Origin: Chloroflexota bacterium
GTDB lineage: Bacteria > Chloroflexota > UBA11872 > VXOZ01
Direction of reading: 5' to 3'
NCBI GenBank assembly: GCA_965221905.1
Contig: OZ244922.1
Span: forward strand, 608,001-672,000
DNA length: 64,000 nt
Shown here: positions 41,193 to 51,472 of the stretch, in pieces
Layout of the letters: every line of letters begins with the position of its first letter
How positions within the stretch are numbered: position 1 is the stretch's first letter
Notes under the pieces: model-generated
What the model saw: the letters and a program-made list of their open reading frames with translations, nothing else
Database searches by the model: none
What the model was told of the DNA's origin: nothing
Position numbers and translations under genes: made by a program

Positions 41193-42395
41193 CTATTCGG
41201 TCGGCGCGCTCCCCAACACCTTGTAGCCGTGGTTTTCCGCCGTTCTCTCGGCAATGGGCAGGACCTCTACGACCAGTCTGGAGAGGCCCACCACCTCTCC
41301 GTCGGCGTCGAAGCTGTAGTCGTTGCCGATCGCGCCGCTCCAGGTAATCTCGTACATGCAGTCGCGGAAGCCGTCGGCGTCCTGGTCGTCGCCGGTTTGT
41401 TTGAGACATTCGGCGGCGATGTACACGTTATCATAGGCGGAACCGAGGTGCCACGGCAGCGTGACATAGTCGTAGCGTTCCCGGAAGTCGGCCAGGACCT
41501 CTTGGGCTTTCGCATTGTCGGGGTGCAGGTCCGCCGTGATCGCTTTCATCCCGGTGGCGTCGTCGCCGGCGATCTCCAACGATGTTGTGCCCACAGACAC
41601 CGTCTCGGCGTAGATGGGGCCTTGATAGCCTAACTCTCGCGCCTGCTTGATGATCACTCCGGCCGCAAACTCGGACTGCGGCGCTAGGTGAAGCGCATCC
41701 GGTTCATCGTCGAGCAGTTTGCTTAGTTGGGTCCGGAAGTCGGTAACGTCGGACGCGTACGTCTCCTGGGACACCACCTGTCCGCCCAGTTTAGTGAACT
41801 GACCTACCGTGGTGCGGCGTACGCCTTCGGCGTAGTCGGTGGCCTCGGTGATGGTGGCCAACCTGCGGACGCCGTCAGCCCACATCAGGTTACCGGTGGC
41901 GACACCGACCTCAACGTCGCTGATCTGGGTGCGAAAGATGTAGTCGCCCGCGTTGGCGATGTCCGGGCTGCTCGCCAGCCCTGAAAACAGAATAACCCCG
42001 TCGGCCTCCGCCAGCGGGGCAACTCCGAGCATGGCGCCGCTGCAGGAGGTTCCCAGGATGATCTTCACGCCATCTACGTCTGTCAGCTTTCGGTAAGCGG
42101 TGACCGCTTCCTTGGCGCTGCACTGGGAGTCCTCCACAATGAGTTCAAGCATCCGACCATCGATGCCGCCTGCGGCGTTGATTTCGTCCACGGCCATCTG
42201 CTTGGCGCGCACGGCCACATTGCCGTAGGTCTCGCCAGGGCCTGTGAGCGACTCCATCACGCCTATCCTAAAGGGCCCTTTTTCACCGCCTCGCGCGTCT
42301 TGCTCCGTGTCCGCGGCGGCGCAGCCAATGACAAGCAAAGCGAGCAGCCATAGCGCCCAGAGCCAAATAAACCGTTTCCACGATACGGGCCGCAT
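41193..42395 (-). CDS. ABC transporter substrate-binding lipoprotein (LivK/LivJ-like)
   Basis: LVIGC lipobox; SLTGP, EINAAGGI.GR, GDYIFRT. Confidence 0.92.
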   Translation of the reverse strand: MRPVSWKRFIWLWALWLLALLVIGCAAADTEQDARGGEKGPFRIGVMESLTGPGETYGNVAVRAKQMAVDEINAAGGIDGRMLELIVEDSQCSAKEAVTAYRKLTDVDGVKIILGTSCSGAMLGVAPLAEADGVILFSGLASSPDIANAGDYIFRTQISDVEVGVATGNLMWADGVRRLATITEATDYAEGVRRTTVGQFTKLGGQVVSQETYASDVTDFRTQLSKLLDDEPDALHLAPQSEFAAGVIIKQARELGYQGPIYAETVSVGTTSLEIAGDDATGMKAITADLHPDNAKAQEVLADFRERYDYVTLPWHLGSAYDNVYIAAECLKQTGDDQDADGFRDCMYEITWSGAIGNDYSFDADGEVVGLSRLVVEVLPIAERTAENHGYKVLGSAPTE

Positions 42396-42775
42396 TGCGC
42401 TCTTTTCTGTGAGGATACTCTAGGGTATCTAATCGGGTAGTTACTCTAACACCATTAGCGTCAATCCGGCAAGTATTCGGTAGAATATACTAACCCGGAA
42501 TACGAGCAGTCGAAAATGAATCTCAGGGAAGCAAGGTCGCTGCACAGACCTTTAGCGGTGATTGCGGAGCGCAGAGCGTCCACATGTTCTGCACGCAGTG
42601 GTCCAGGCTGACACGGAGAGCGCCAAACCGTTCTTGCTGAGTGAGCTTCGCGAAGTCCTTGTCGAAGCAAGAACGGTTTGGCAAGCACTTCATCATGAGC
42701 GGTCTTGTGGTAAGTGCAAACCGCGCAATCCACGGGTGATCCGTAAACACACCGCAAATGCAATTTGCAGTGGCC

Positions 42776-43987
42776 TTACTCCGTCGGCGCGCTGCCGAGA
42801 ACCTTGTAGCCTTGGTTCTCCTCTGTCCGCTCGGCTACGGGCAAGACTTCCACCACCACGTTGGAAAGACCGACGACCTCGCCGTTCTCATCAAAGGTGT
42901 AATTCTCGCCGATAGCGCCGGTCCAGGTGATTGCGTATAGGCAGTCGCGCATGCCGTCAGCGTCTTGATCGTCATTAGTCTGCTTGAGGCACTCGGCGGT
43001 GATGTAAATGTCATCGTAGACCGAGCCTATGTACCAGGCCAGCGTCACGTAATCGTAGCGCGCCCGGAATTTGGCCAGCACTTCCTGGCCCTTGGCGTTG
43101 CTAGGTGAGATGTCCGGCAAGATGGCCTTGGTACCCGCGGCAGCATCACCGGCGATCTCAAGCGCCGTGGCCCCAACCGGCACGATGTCAGCATAGATTT
43201 GGCCCTCGAAGCCCAACTCACGCACCTGCTTGATGACAGTGCCGCCGGTGAACTCGGACTGGGCGGCGATGAGCAGGGCATCGGGATTCTCGCCAATCAG
43301 CTTCGTAAGCTGGGTCCTGAAGTCGGTGGTATCTGATCCGTAACGCTCCTCAGCAACCACGGTACCGCCGCGCTTTTCAAACTGCGCAACCGATGTGCGG
43401 CGCACACCTTCGGCGTAGTCGGTGGTCTCGGAGATGGTCGCCAAATTGCGGACGCCGTCCGCCCACATGACGTTGCCGGCGTCAATGCCCAACTGAGCGT
43501 CGTTCATCGACGTGCGGAAGATGTAGTCTCCCGCGTTGGCAATGTCCGGGCTCGTTGCTAAACCGGAGAAAAGGATCACACCGTCGGCTTCCGCCAAAGG
43601 CGCGGCGCCCAGCATCGCACTGCTGCAGGACGTGCCGAGAATGATCTTGACACCGTCAACGTCGGTCAGCTTGTTGTACGCCGTAATGGCGTCTTGCGCG
43701 GCGCACTTGGAATCCTCCACGATGAGTTCCAGCATGCGGCCGTTGATGCCGCCCGCGGCGTTTATCTCATCCACGGCCATCTGCTTCGCCTGCAAGGCCA
43801 CGCTGCCGTAGGTCTCGCCCGGGCCCGTGAGCGACTCCATCACGCCAATTCTAAAGGGTGCTTGGTCACCCTCTTGTATATCTTTGTCTTCGTCCGTGGC
43901 GCTATCGCCGCCACATGCAATGACCAGCGAGGCCAGTAGCGCCAGTGCTGCCAGCAAAATAGCTCTCTTCCAGTATAGAATTCGCAT
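42776..43987 (-). CDS. ABC transporter substrate-binding lipoprotein (LivK/LivJ-like), paralog of 41193-42395
   Basis: LVIAC lipobox; long identical stretches with the neighbouring SBP; AGAGAGGAG RBS. Confidence 0.92.
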   Translation of the reverse strand: MRILYWKRAILLAALALLASLVIACGGDSATDEDKDIQEGDQAPFRIGVMESLTGPGETYGSVALQAKQMAVDEINAAGGINGRMLELIVEDSKCAAQDAITAYNKLTDVDGVKIILGTSCSSAMLGAAPLAEADGVILFSGLATSPDIANAGDYIFRTSMNDAQLGIDAGNVMWADGVRNLATISETTDYAEGVRRTSVAQFEKRGGTVVAEERYGSDTTDFRTQLTKLIGENPDALLIAAQSEFTGGTVIKQVRELGFEGQIYADIVPVGATALEIAGDAAAGTKAILPDISPSNAKGQEVLAKFRARYDYVTLAWYIGSVYDDIYITAECLKQTNDDQDADGMRDCLYAITWTGAIGENYTFDENGEVVGLSNVVVEVLPVAERTEENQGYKVLGSAPTE

Positions 43988-44313
43988 GGCACACTCCTCT
44001 CTGAGAATGCGTACGATACCCATATTGTAAGATACTGTAGCATGTTCCCGTCAATCCCGCAAGTAGGGGGAATGAAAACTGAGTTTGCGGTACGTGGTGG
44101 GGCACAGTTTCCACTTTCTTCATGGTGGCAGTTGGCGCTCAAATTCGGAGTGCAGCTAGATACGTCTGCGACTACCTGCTACAGAACAGGCGCACCATCT
44201 CAAACCAGGAGATGTCTCTGGGGAAACTAAAGTCAATATGGTCATGACCTGCGATACAGGTTAGCCTAATGCTATACTGCCGATAAGGGATGTAACCTAC
44301 TAAGGTAAGAGTC

Positions 44314-45618
44314 ATGATGGAAGAGACAGAATTCGGGCCTTCATTGACAAAGGTGTGGGCCAAGAACTTCCGCAGCATTGAATATGCAGAGCTTGAATTG
44401 GGGCCGCTGACAGTGCTGGTGGGACCCAATGCTTCTGGGAAGAGCAATTTGCTCGATCTATTGTGCTTCTTAGGTGACACAGCTCGTGAGGGTTTAGAAA
44501 CGGCGATTAGCCGACGAGGTGGGATAGAATCCATTGGGCGCAGGTCTCCGAGTGGAAGAATATTGGGTCCTGAGATTGGCTTTGAATACAGATCTCAGGA
44601 CGGGACATTGACTTACTCTTTTGCCTTGAACAGACGGCGTGATGGGGAGTATCAGGTCAAGCGGGAGATTGCTAGGCTAAAACCTTTGGAATCGGATGAT
44701 CTTCCACCGGAGTTCAAGATTACTAATGGACTTCTTACTAAGCCCAGTCTCAAGAGAGCATTGAGACTGATTAAAGAGAGCGGAGAGAAGAACGGTCACA
44801 CGGATATAATCAATCACCTTGTGAAGGATACGGGCCGCCAAGACCTCCAACTGTTGGCTCCGGAAGCCTTTAGACATACTTCGATGCTGGCATTTTACCT
44901 ACTTCAAACTGGCACAATGCAGTCCAGCCTTGGATTTCACTTGCACACCAATCTAGAGAGAGCAAGAGACTTTCTTGGCAAAGTTTGGATTTACCACATT
45001 TTCCCTAATCTACTTCGTAACCCTCAAAAAGTGGCGGAGAGCCATCCTATGGCGGCTGGCGGTGAGAATCTGGCGTCTGTCTTACAGGACATGAATCACA
45101 GTAAGGGTCGCTTCCTCCCGGACCTGAAAGATGCTTTGACCTTTGCGGTTCCTGGAGTCCGAGACATTAGAGTTAAGTCCGCTGGAAGTTACTATGTAGT
45201 GGAGATCAACCACGAGAGGGATGGGGGGACCGAAAAGGGTTCCTGGTTTGATCTATCTCATGAGTCGGACGGCACCATCCGGCTATTGGCTATGCTGACC
45301 GCTCTGTTTCAAGATCCTGCTCCATCACTGATTTGCCTCGAAGAGCCCGAATTAGCCATCCATCCTGGTGCAATGGCGGTCTTGTCAGACACCATGGTGG
45401 AAGCCTCGCTGCGCGGACAGGTACTGGTGGCTACCCACAGCCCCGACTTGATTGACCGCCTGCCCATTGAGAGTATTCGGGCGGTGACCACGGAAGATAG
45501 TGCCACCAGGGTGGGCATCATTGCAGATCATCAACTGAAGTCGGTTAAAGAGGATCTATTCTCGCCGGGAGAACTACACAGCATGGAAGGTCTGGAACCG
45601 GCAGCACTAGGAGAGTAG
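44314..45618 (+). CDS. AAA_21-type ABC ATPase (OLD/PARIS-like)
   Basis: KNFRS, GPNASGKSN (Walker A), ESDGT signature, ICLEEPE (Walker B), VATHS. Confidence 0.9.
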   Translation: MMEETEFGPSLTKVWAKNFRSIEYAELELGPLTVLVGPNASGKSNLLDLLCFLGDTAREGLETAISRRGGIESIGRRSPSGRILGPEIGFEYRSQDGTLTYSFALNRRRDGEYQVKREIARLKPLESDDLPPEFKITNGLLTKPSLKRALRLIKESGEKNGHTDIINHLVKDTGRQDLQLLAPEAFRHTSMLAFYLLQTGTMQSSLGFHLHTNLERARDFLGKVWIYHIFPNLLRNPQKVAESHPMAAGGENLASVLQDMNHSKGRFLPDLKDALTFAVPGVRDIRVKSAGSYYVVEINHERDGGTEKGSWFDLSHESDGTIRLLAMLTALFQDPAPSLICLEEPELAIHPGAMAVLSDTMVEASLRGQVLVATHSPDLIDRLPIESIRAVTTEDSATRVGIIADHQLKSVKEDLFSPGELHSMEGLEPAALGE

Positions 45619-45622
45619 CAGT

Positions 45623-46219
45623 TTGATCACGATTGTACCTGTAGTTGAGGGCGATGGGGATGCTAGTGCACTGCCTGAGCTTCTGAATCGGATAATCTCT
45701 ACTAAGTTCAATCGGTACGACATCGTTGTGGCTGAAGGCAAAAGCAAGGTAGTCAAGGCAAACGGGCTAGATAAGCTAAAGAACAAGCTGGAAAAGTTCC
45801 TGCTACATGCACAGAACAAACCCAAGTGTGGAGCGATTCTGATCCTTGTGGATGCTGACTCTGAATGCCCGGTAACATTGGCCCAACATTTCTCCCAACG
45901 CTGTGAACAGATCGGCGCAAGATACCCCATACAGGTAGTGTGCGCTTATCGTACATACGAGTCTTGGTTCCTAGCCAGTTTGGAAACAATCAGAGGGAAT
46001 CATGGTATCGCGAGTGCCGCAGTACTACCTTGCGATGCTGAGAATGTACCAAGTCCCAAACAATGGCTCACGCGCCAAATGCCCGCTGGCCAGGCGTACA
46101 AGGAGACGACTCATCAAGCGTCCCTTAGCCAGAAGATAGATCTAGACCTGGCATATCGAAACTCCCGTTCTTTCCGCAGGCTATGTCACGCGATCGAACA
46201 ACTGCTTGAAGTCATGTAG
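45623..46219 (+). CDS. DUF4276 family TOPRIM-like protein
   Basis: VVEGDGD, LVDAD, ESWFLA, SRSFRRL; 4 bp after the ATPase stop. Confidence 0.82.
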   Translation: MITIVPVVEGDGDASALPELLNRIISTKFNRYDIVVAEGKSKVVKANGLDKLKNKLEKFLLHAQNKPKCGAILILVDADSECPVTLAQHFSQRCEQIGARYPIQVVCAYRTYESWFLASLETIRGNHGIASAAVLPCDAENVPSPKQWLTRQMPAGQAYKETTHQASLSQKIDLDLAYRNSRSFRRLCHAIEQLLEVM

Positions 46220-46444
46220 GCACCCTAGGCTAATTGAGTTGGCGGTGTCTGAATATGCTGAAGCGATTTCTCAATCGACAAGACTTCATGGGTGACGAAA
46301 TGTGTGCGATCCGGTTCCAGGGCTCTGGCATTGGAAATCCTGCCATGTGAGTCGATGTGGCTGGCCACTTACACATTCAAAATCGATTGATGCTCATGTG
46401 TTCTTGGCATTCAATTGGAAAACTCGGATCGATTCCACTCTTGT

Positions 46445-47257
46445 TTACTTGCTAGTCAAGTCGTTGAACGTCACCAGCAAGTCTTCCACGTGATTGCGGA
46501 CACTGCTGCGGTCTGCGCTGCAGACTAGGCACGTGAACGGGAATTCGCCGGTGGCGCGGAAGCGAGCGGCGTTGGGGTAGTGGAAGTCGCCGGTGTGGGT
46601 CATGAACTGGCCCCACCAGCCGTAGGTGAAGGCGGGGCCGGAGACCCGGCTGTTTGCGAGCCACTTCGGCGGAAAGAGCGACTGGAACGGCGGAAAGTTG
46701 TTGATCCAACTGCCGCATTGCACAATCTCAATGTCCGGCCGGTCCCGTTCCAGGTTGTCCAGGAGTTTTAAGAGCGATTGCGCCAGGGCGGGCATATCCC
46801 GGAAGGGCGACCGGGGTTGCAGCACGTTCGTGAAGTGAATGTGGACGACATCTTCTGCGTAGTCCCGGGAGAAGCAACTGTAGGGCGTGGGCGGAATGAC
46901 CTGCCCCGCACCCTCCCAGAGGTTGCCCTTGCGTTCCCCGGCGAGGCGTTCCTCCATAGTCGGGAGGAGCAGCGCGTAGGCGGCTTCTTCCAGCGCTTCG
47001 GTGGTCGCGTCGGCACGGTGATGATGGAATAGTTCCTTCAATTGGTCCACTAGCGCATTCCACTCGGGATCGGGGTGGCCTTGCGCAGGATGGTGTTTGC
47101 CGTCCCAGAGGTGCGTGCGCCGGCAAATATCGACGCGAGTAGTAATCAATTCCTCGAACGGGCGCTGCTCGGTTTGCAGCAGCCGATGCACGTACCAGAC
47201 CTTGAGTTTCACGCACTCGCGATCGTAGTTGCGCCGGATTTCTAGCCGTGTTGGCAT
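46445..47257 (-). CDS. Hypothetical protein (possible remote acyltransferase-like fold)
   Basis: AGGAG RBS, coherent 270-aa ORF; HIHF..QCGSWIN..WWGQF. Confidence 0.7.
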   Translation of the reverse strand: MPTRLEIRRNYDRECVKLKVWYVHRLLQTEQRPFEELITTRVDICRRTHLWDGKHHPAQGHPDPEWNALVDQLKELFHHHRADATTEALEEAAYALLLPTMEERLAGERKGNLWEGAGQVIPPTPYSCFSRDYAEDVVHIHFTNVLQPRSPFRDMPALAQSLLKLLDNLERDRPDIEIVQCGSWINNFPPFQSLFPPKWLANSRVSGPAFTYGWWGQFMTHTGDFHYPNAARFRATGEFPFTCLVCSADRSSVRNHVEDLLVTFNDLTSK

Positions 47258-47544
47258 TATTCAAACTCCTGGCGAAGGCTTTCGTGCGCTTCAGAGGCGG
47301 GTGAAAACACCCCGGAATGATAAAGGATTCCCCTCACCCTGCCCTCTCCCCAAGGAGAGGGTTTAAGATGAGACTACTTTTGCGCCTCAGGGGTATGGGA
47401 AGGATCTCCTGGTGGATGTTTGCATAGTCTCTTGACATACTTTGCGCGCCGCTTGGCGCTCGTTCTGCGCGGCTCAAGAGCGCACCTCTAGGCGCCGCAC
47501 TCTGCCAGTGACGCTTCTCGTGAGCGACGTGCTATCTACAACTT

Positions 47545-48513
47545 TCACGCTACGGTGACCGGCAAACCCGTCTCGATGGACTGCCGGGCCGCTCCGATGA
47601 GGCGCATTGCCTCCACGCCGTCTTCACCCGTGACGATTGGCGAGGCTTCGCTCGCCACGCAGTCGAGGAAGTGGCTGACTTCCAGATAGAAGCGGTCGTG
47701 GCCGCCGACGTCGGTCTCGACTCGTTCGGTAACGTGGTCCAGACTGAAGCGGCTGCGATTGGTGACGAAATCGATAACGATAGCGCCGCGTTCCCCGTAG
47801 ACTTCGACGCATTTCTCCGTGTGGGGCGACGACCAGCTTCCCTCCATCGTGCCCACCACGCCGTCCACACTCTGCGCCATGAAGACGACGGTATCGGTAC
47901 CGGTTATAGCCTGGGCGAGGGTCCCGCCCTTGGCGTAGATGCTCTTCATTTCTCCAACCAAGTACCGGAATAGATCGACATAATGCGGACCTGATTCCCA
48001 GAGGATGCCGCCGCCCCGAACGGGCTCCGCCAACCAGGTGCCGGCCATGAGTTCAACGCCTGCGAACCGGAGACGGAAGTGGTGCAGCGGGCCCAGCTTG
48101 CCGGTATCTATCCACTCCTTGGCTTTCGCAATCGGGGTATAGAAGCGGTTGCAGAAAGCGGTCATGAGAATGACGTTGGCGCTGCTGGCGGCGGCGACCA
48201 TGGCCTCGCCCTCGCTCACGCTCATGGCCAGAGGCTTCTCGCAGAGCACGTGCAGGCCGCGCGCCGCTGCGTGCTCGGTAATCTCGCGATGGGAGGGTGG
48301 CGGCGTACAAATGCTCACGGCATGCAGTTCCTCCGAGCGCAGCATGGCCGCATAGTCGGTGTATGCCTTGGTATCGTATTCCTGGGCGCGCGCCTCAGCC
48401 ACGGCCTGAATCGGATCGGCCACGGCCACGATTTGCGCCCCCTCGTTCGCGGCATAGCTGCGCAGGTGGGAGTGCGAAATGGCGCCACAACCGATTACGC
48501 CTACACGTACCAT
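47545..48513 (-). CDS. Gfo/Idh/MocA family oxidoreductase
   Basis: VGVIGCGAI, CTPPPSH, CEKPLA, GGGILWESGPH. Confidence 0.93.
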   Translation of the reverse strand: MVRVGVIGCGAISHSHLRSYAANEGAQIVAVADPIQAVAEARAQEYDTKAYTDYAAMLRSEELHAVSICTPPPSHREITEHAAARGLHVLCEKPLAMSVSEGEAMVAAASSANVILMTAFCNRFYTPIAKAKEWIDTGKLGPLHHFRLRFAGVELMAGTWLAEPVRGGGILWESGPHYVDLFRYLVGEMKSIYAKGGTLAQAITGTDTVVFMAQSVDGVVGTMEGSWSSPHTEKCVEVYGERGAIVIDFVTNRSRFSLDHVTERVETDVGGHDRFYLEVSHFLDCVASEASPIVTGEDGVEAMRLIGAARQSIETGLPVTVA

Positions 48514-48603
48514 GGTTTTGTCTTTCTCCGTAGTGTTGTGCTGGCTCGTATCTTGCGCGCTTGGAGTAAACTTCGCGTGCGTACTATTACAAGGTAGCTG
48601 CGT

Positions 48604-49353
48604 CTATTGCTTTCGACCCACCATCAGACGGGTGAGCAAGCCGAATTTTGCCGGTTCGAGGGCAAACGTCTCGCGAATCAGCGGCGGTGCGGCGGCGAAT
48701 AGCGCTCTCAGTTCGCTCACTTGAGCGGGCGGCGTCTGCTGCCGGGCTACCCAATCGTCGAACTCCAGCATCTTCAACCAGGTGTGTGTCACGGCAAAGC
48801 TGAGGCCCGCCTCCTGGAAGAATCGCTGCCACTCACTTTGGCTCCACTCGCGCACGTGGGAAGGATCGCGCAGCACTTCCACTTTGTTGATCCAGCGGTC
48901 CGCAGCAGGATCATCCGGCGAGGTATTGTCGACGACCAGCAGCCGACCGTCCGCGGTCAGGACGCGGGCAATTTCTTGCACGACGCGCGCCGGATTATGG
49001 AAGTGGTGTCCCGTGTAACGGCAGACGACCAAGGAAAAGGTCTCATCGGGAAACGGTAGGCGCTCGGCGTTGCCCACGCTTGCCTGGAAGTGCTCGATGC
49101 CGCGCTCGCGCGCGTTGCGGCAGGCTGCCTCAACCATCTGCGGCGTAATGTCGAGGCCGATGATGTGTCCCGCGCAGCGGGCCAGCGCGAAAGCAGCATG
49201 CCCTGCGCCGGTGCCAAGATCGAGAGCGCGGGCGTGCCGGCCGGGCCCGGCCTCCTCCACTAGCCAGACTAAGTCCTCGCCCTCCGCAAACACCGTGCTA
49301 TGGCTATAGGCTTCAGCCGCGCGGCCGAATTGTTTCTGAGTCTGCTGGTACAT
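48604..49353 (-). CDS. Class I SAM-dependent methyltransferase
   Basis: LDLGTGAGH, AERLPFPD, HHF, RDPSHVR. Confidence 0.92.
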   Translation of the reverse strand: MYQQTQKQFGRAAEAYSHSTVFAEGEDLVWLVEEAGPGRHARALDLGTGAGHAAFALARCAGHIIGLDITPQMVEAACRNARERGIEHFQASVGNAERLPFPDETFSLVVCRYTGHHFHNPARVVQEIARVLTADGRLLVVDNTSPDDPAADRWINKVEVLRDPSHVREWSQSEWQRFFQEAGLSFAVTHTWLKMLEFDDWVARQQTPPAQVSELRALFAAAPPLIRETFALEPAKFGLLTRLMVGRKQ

Positions 49354-49684
49354 AGTCTTGAACTTAGTCTACCTTCATCTTTAGGTCGGGTCTTTCCCAC
49401 GCCGCTCGACCGCGCGCTCCACGCCGGTGCTAATCGACGCCGCCAATTGCGCTCGCGGCAGTTGTAAAGGGACTGCCAATGGGGGTCAAGATGTCTGATT
49501 ATGAAACTCCTAGAATCTGCTAATCGCATAGTAAATGATGCGCCGTGCGCTGGGCAATGCGAACATGACACTGGTAAGGTGCTATGCTAGAATCGTGGCT
49601 TGGGTGAAGCGAAAAACACACCCTACGCCGGGCCGAAGCGGTGGTTACGAATATCAGCAACCTGTCAATAAGGAGTGGTTCTTG

Positions 49685-50182
49685 ATGCGATGGCGTTTAC
49701 GCGTTCCTTTGGCGCTCGTCGCGATTCTTTTCTCGATGGCATTGATAATTGGTTGTGGTGGTGAGGAAGAAGAAGCATGGAGTTGGGATGCAGAACCACC
49801 AACGCCAACGCCGGACAGAAGCATTATTGAGCCAGTTCCTACTCCATCCGGTCCGGTCGACCCTGAATCTATTGAAGTGATAGTGGACCTTAGCACAGGC
49901 GACGCCGAGCGCGGAGAAGAGCTCTTTGAGGAAAAGGGCTGTGTCGCCTGTCATAAGATTGCGGAAGACGGCCCCGGCGGCGAGGTTGGACCAGTGCTTG
50001 CAGGCATTGGCGATGTGGCGAACCGTCCCATGCTGGCCGCGGACATCGCGAACACACCGGAGAACATCTGGCGCTGGGTGCAATTCCCGCAGAAGATCAA
50101 GCCCGGCACGGAGATGGCGCCCCTGGGGATGGATGGCCAAGAGGCCGCTGACCTCGTGGCATATCTCCAAACATTGAAGTAG
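49685..50182 (+). CDS. Monoheme cytochrome c lipoprotein (copy 1)
   Basis: LIIGC lipobox, CVACH, GP.L.G, KPGTEM (axial Met); AAGGAG RBS. Confidence 0.9.
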   Translation: MRWRLRVPLALVAILFSMALIIGCGGEEEEAWSWDAEPPTPTPDRSIIEPVPTPSGPVDPESIEVIVDLSTGDAERGEELFEEKGCVACHKIAEDGPGGEVGPVLAGIGDVANRPMLAADIANTPENIWRWVQFPQKIKPGTEMAPLGMDGQEAADLVAYLQTLK

Positions 50183-50242
50183 GGAAGAAGGCAGGCTGTT
50201 GGCTGTCTCTCATGCGTCGGTACGTAAAGGGTGCAAGGCTTG

Positions 50243-50728
50243 ATGCATAAGCTTGCGCGCTTGGCTTTGGCGATCTTCGCGATTTTCCTCATGTCGGCAT
50301 TGGTCGCGGCTTGCTTCCCGTGGGATGGATCGGATTCGACGCCAGCGCCCACAGCGGAACCAGCGAGAGTTGCACCGGATGTTACTCCCACCCCTACGCC
50401 TCCCGAGGATATTCCGCCGCCGCCAGACGGCTATTTGGAGCGAGCGGACGAACGCAAGGGAGAGGAGCTCTTTGAAGAAAAGGGCTGTGTCGCCTGTCAT
50501 AAGATCGCGGAGGATGGCCCCGGCGGCGAGATTGGCCCTGTGCTTGCCGGCATTGGCGATGCGACGAACCGACCGATGCTGGCTGCAGACATAGCGAACA
50601 AGCCGGAGAATATCTGGCGCTGGATTCAGTTCCCGCAATTAATTAAGCCAGGTACGGAGATGGCGCCCCTAGGAATGGATGGGGAAGAAGCCGCTCACCT
50701 CGTGAAATACCTCTTGACGTTGAAGTAG
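50243..50728 (+). CDS. Monoheme cytochrome c lipoprotein (copy 2)
   Basis: LVAAC lipobox, Pro/Thr linker, CVACH, KPGTEM. Confidence 0.9.
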   Translation: MHKLARLALAIFAIFLMSALVAACFPWDGSDSTPAPTAEPARVAPDVTPTPTPPEDIPPPPDGYLERADERKGEELFEEKGCVACHKIAEDGPGGEIGPVLAGIGDATNRPMLAADIANKPENIWRWIQFPQLIKPGTEMAPLGMDGEEAAHLVKYLLTLK

Positions 50729-50785
50729 GGAGTAACGCACGCTGTTGGCTCACTCTCGCGTGTCGCAATGCATAGGGAACGAGGA

Positions 50786-51346
50786 ATGATGCGCGGACGG
50801 GTGCGCCTTGTCAAGGGTCTAGCGGGGGCCTTGCTTGCAGCGGCTCTTTTCGTGGGCTGCTTTCCATGGGATAGATCGGAGCCAACGCCAGTGCTTCCAA
50901 CGGCTCCGCCCGCGGCGACGAGCCCGGCGCCGACATCGACTGCCGAGCAAAGCGCAGCCAGTGAAACGGCAACGCCGGAGCAGACACCGACCCCTCGGCC
51001 TACCGCAATCATAGTTACGCGCACTCCCAGGCCGCTGCCCACCGTGCCGCCGGGCGTGCTGAGCCAAGGCGATGCGCGGCTGGGTCAAGAGCTCTTCGAG
51101 AGCAAAGGGTGCATCGCTTGCCATCAGATTCGGGGTGAAGGCGGCGACACCGGCCCGGCCCTCGACGGCATCGGCGATCGGTCGCGGCGGCCGATGCTGG
51201 CGGGCAGTCTTGATAATACGTCGGAGAATAAGTGGCGCTGGATTATAAATCCGCAACTCGTCAAGCCCGGTACGGCCATGTCTCCGCAGCCGCTCGATCC
51301 CGTAGAAGCTGCCCATCTGGTGGCATACTTGGAAACCTTGAGGTAG
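50786..51346 (+). CDS. Monoheme cytochrome c lipoprotein (copy 3)
   Basis: LFVGC lipobox, long Pro/Thr linker, CIACH, KPGTAM. Confidence 0.9.
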   Translation: MMRGRVRLVKGLAGALLAAALFVGCFPWDRSEPTPVLPTAPPAATSPAPTSTAEQSAASETATPEQTPTPRPTAIIVTRTPRPLPTVPPGVLSQGDARLGQELFESKGCIACHQIRGEGGDTGPALDGIGDRSRRPMLAGSLDNTSENKWRWIINPQLVKPGTAMSPQPLDPVEAAHLVAYLETLR

Positions 51347-51396
51347 GCGGTAGGCCGCGTGGCCTCTTGCCCTTACAGTCGAGATGAGCATTAAAT

Positions 51397-51427
51397 ACAG
51401 GGATGGCCGATATACAGCCATCCCTGT
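51397..51427. terminator. Hairpin after the cytochrome c cluster
   Basis: ACAGGGATGGC-N9-GCCATCCCTGT; no clear U-tract. Confidence 0.5.
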
Positions 51428-51472
51428 GGTGATTAAGGTATTCAAGCAAGCTCTCATGAGTTAGAGACGCCT

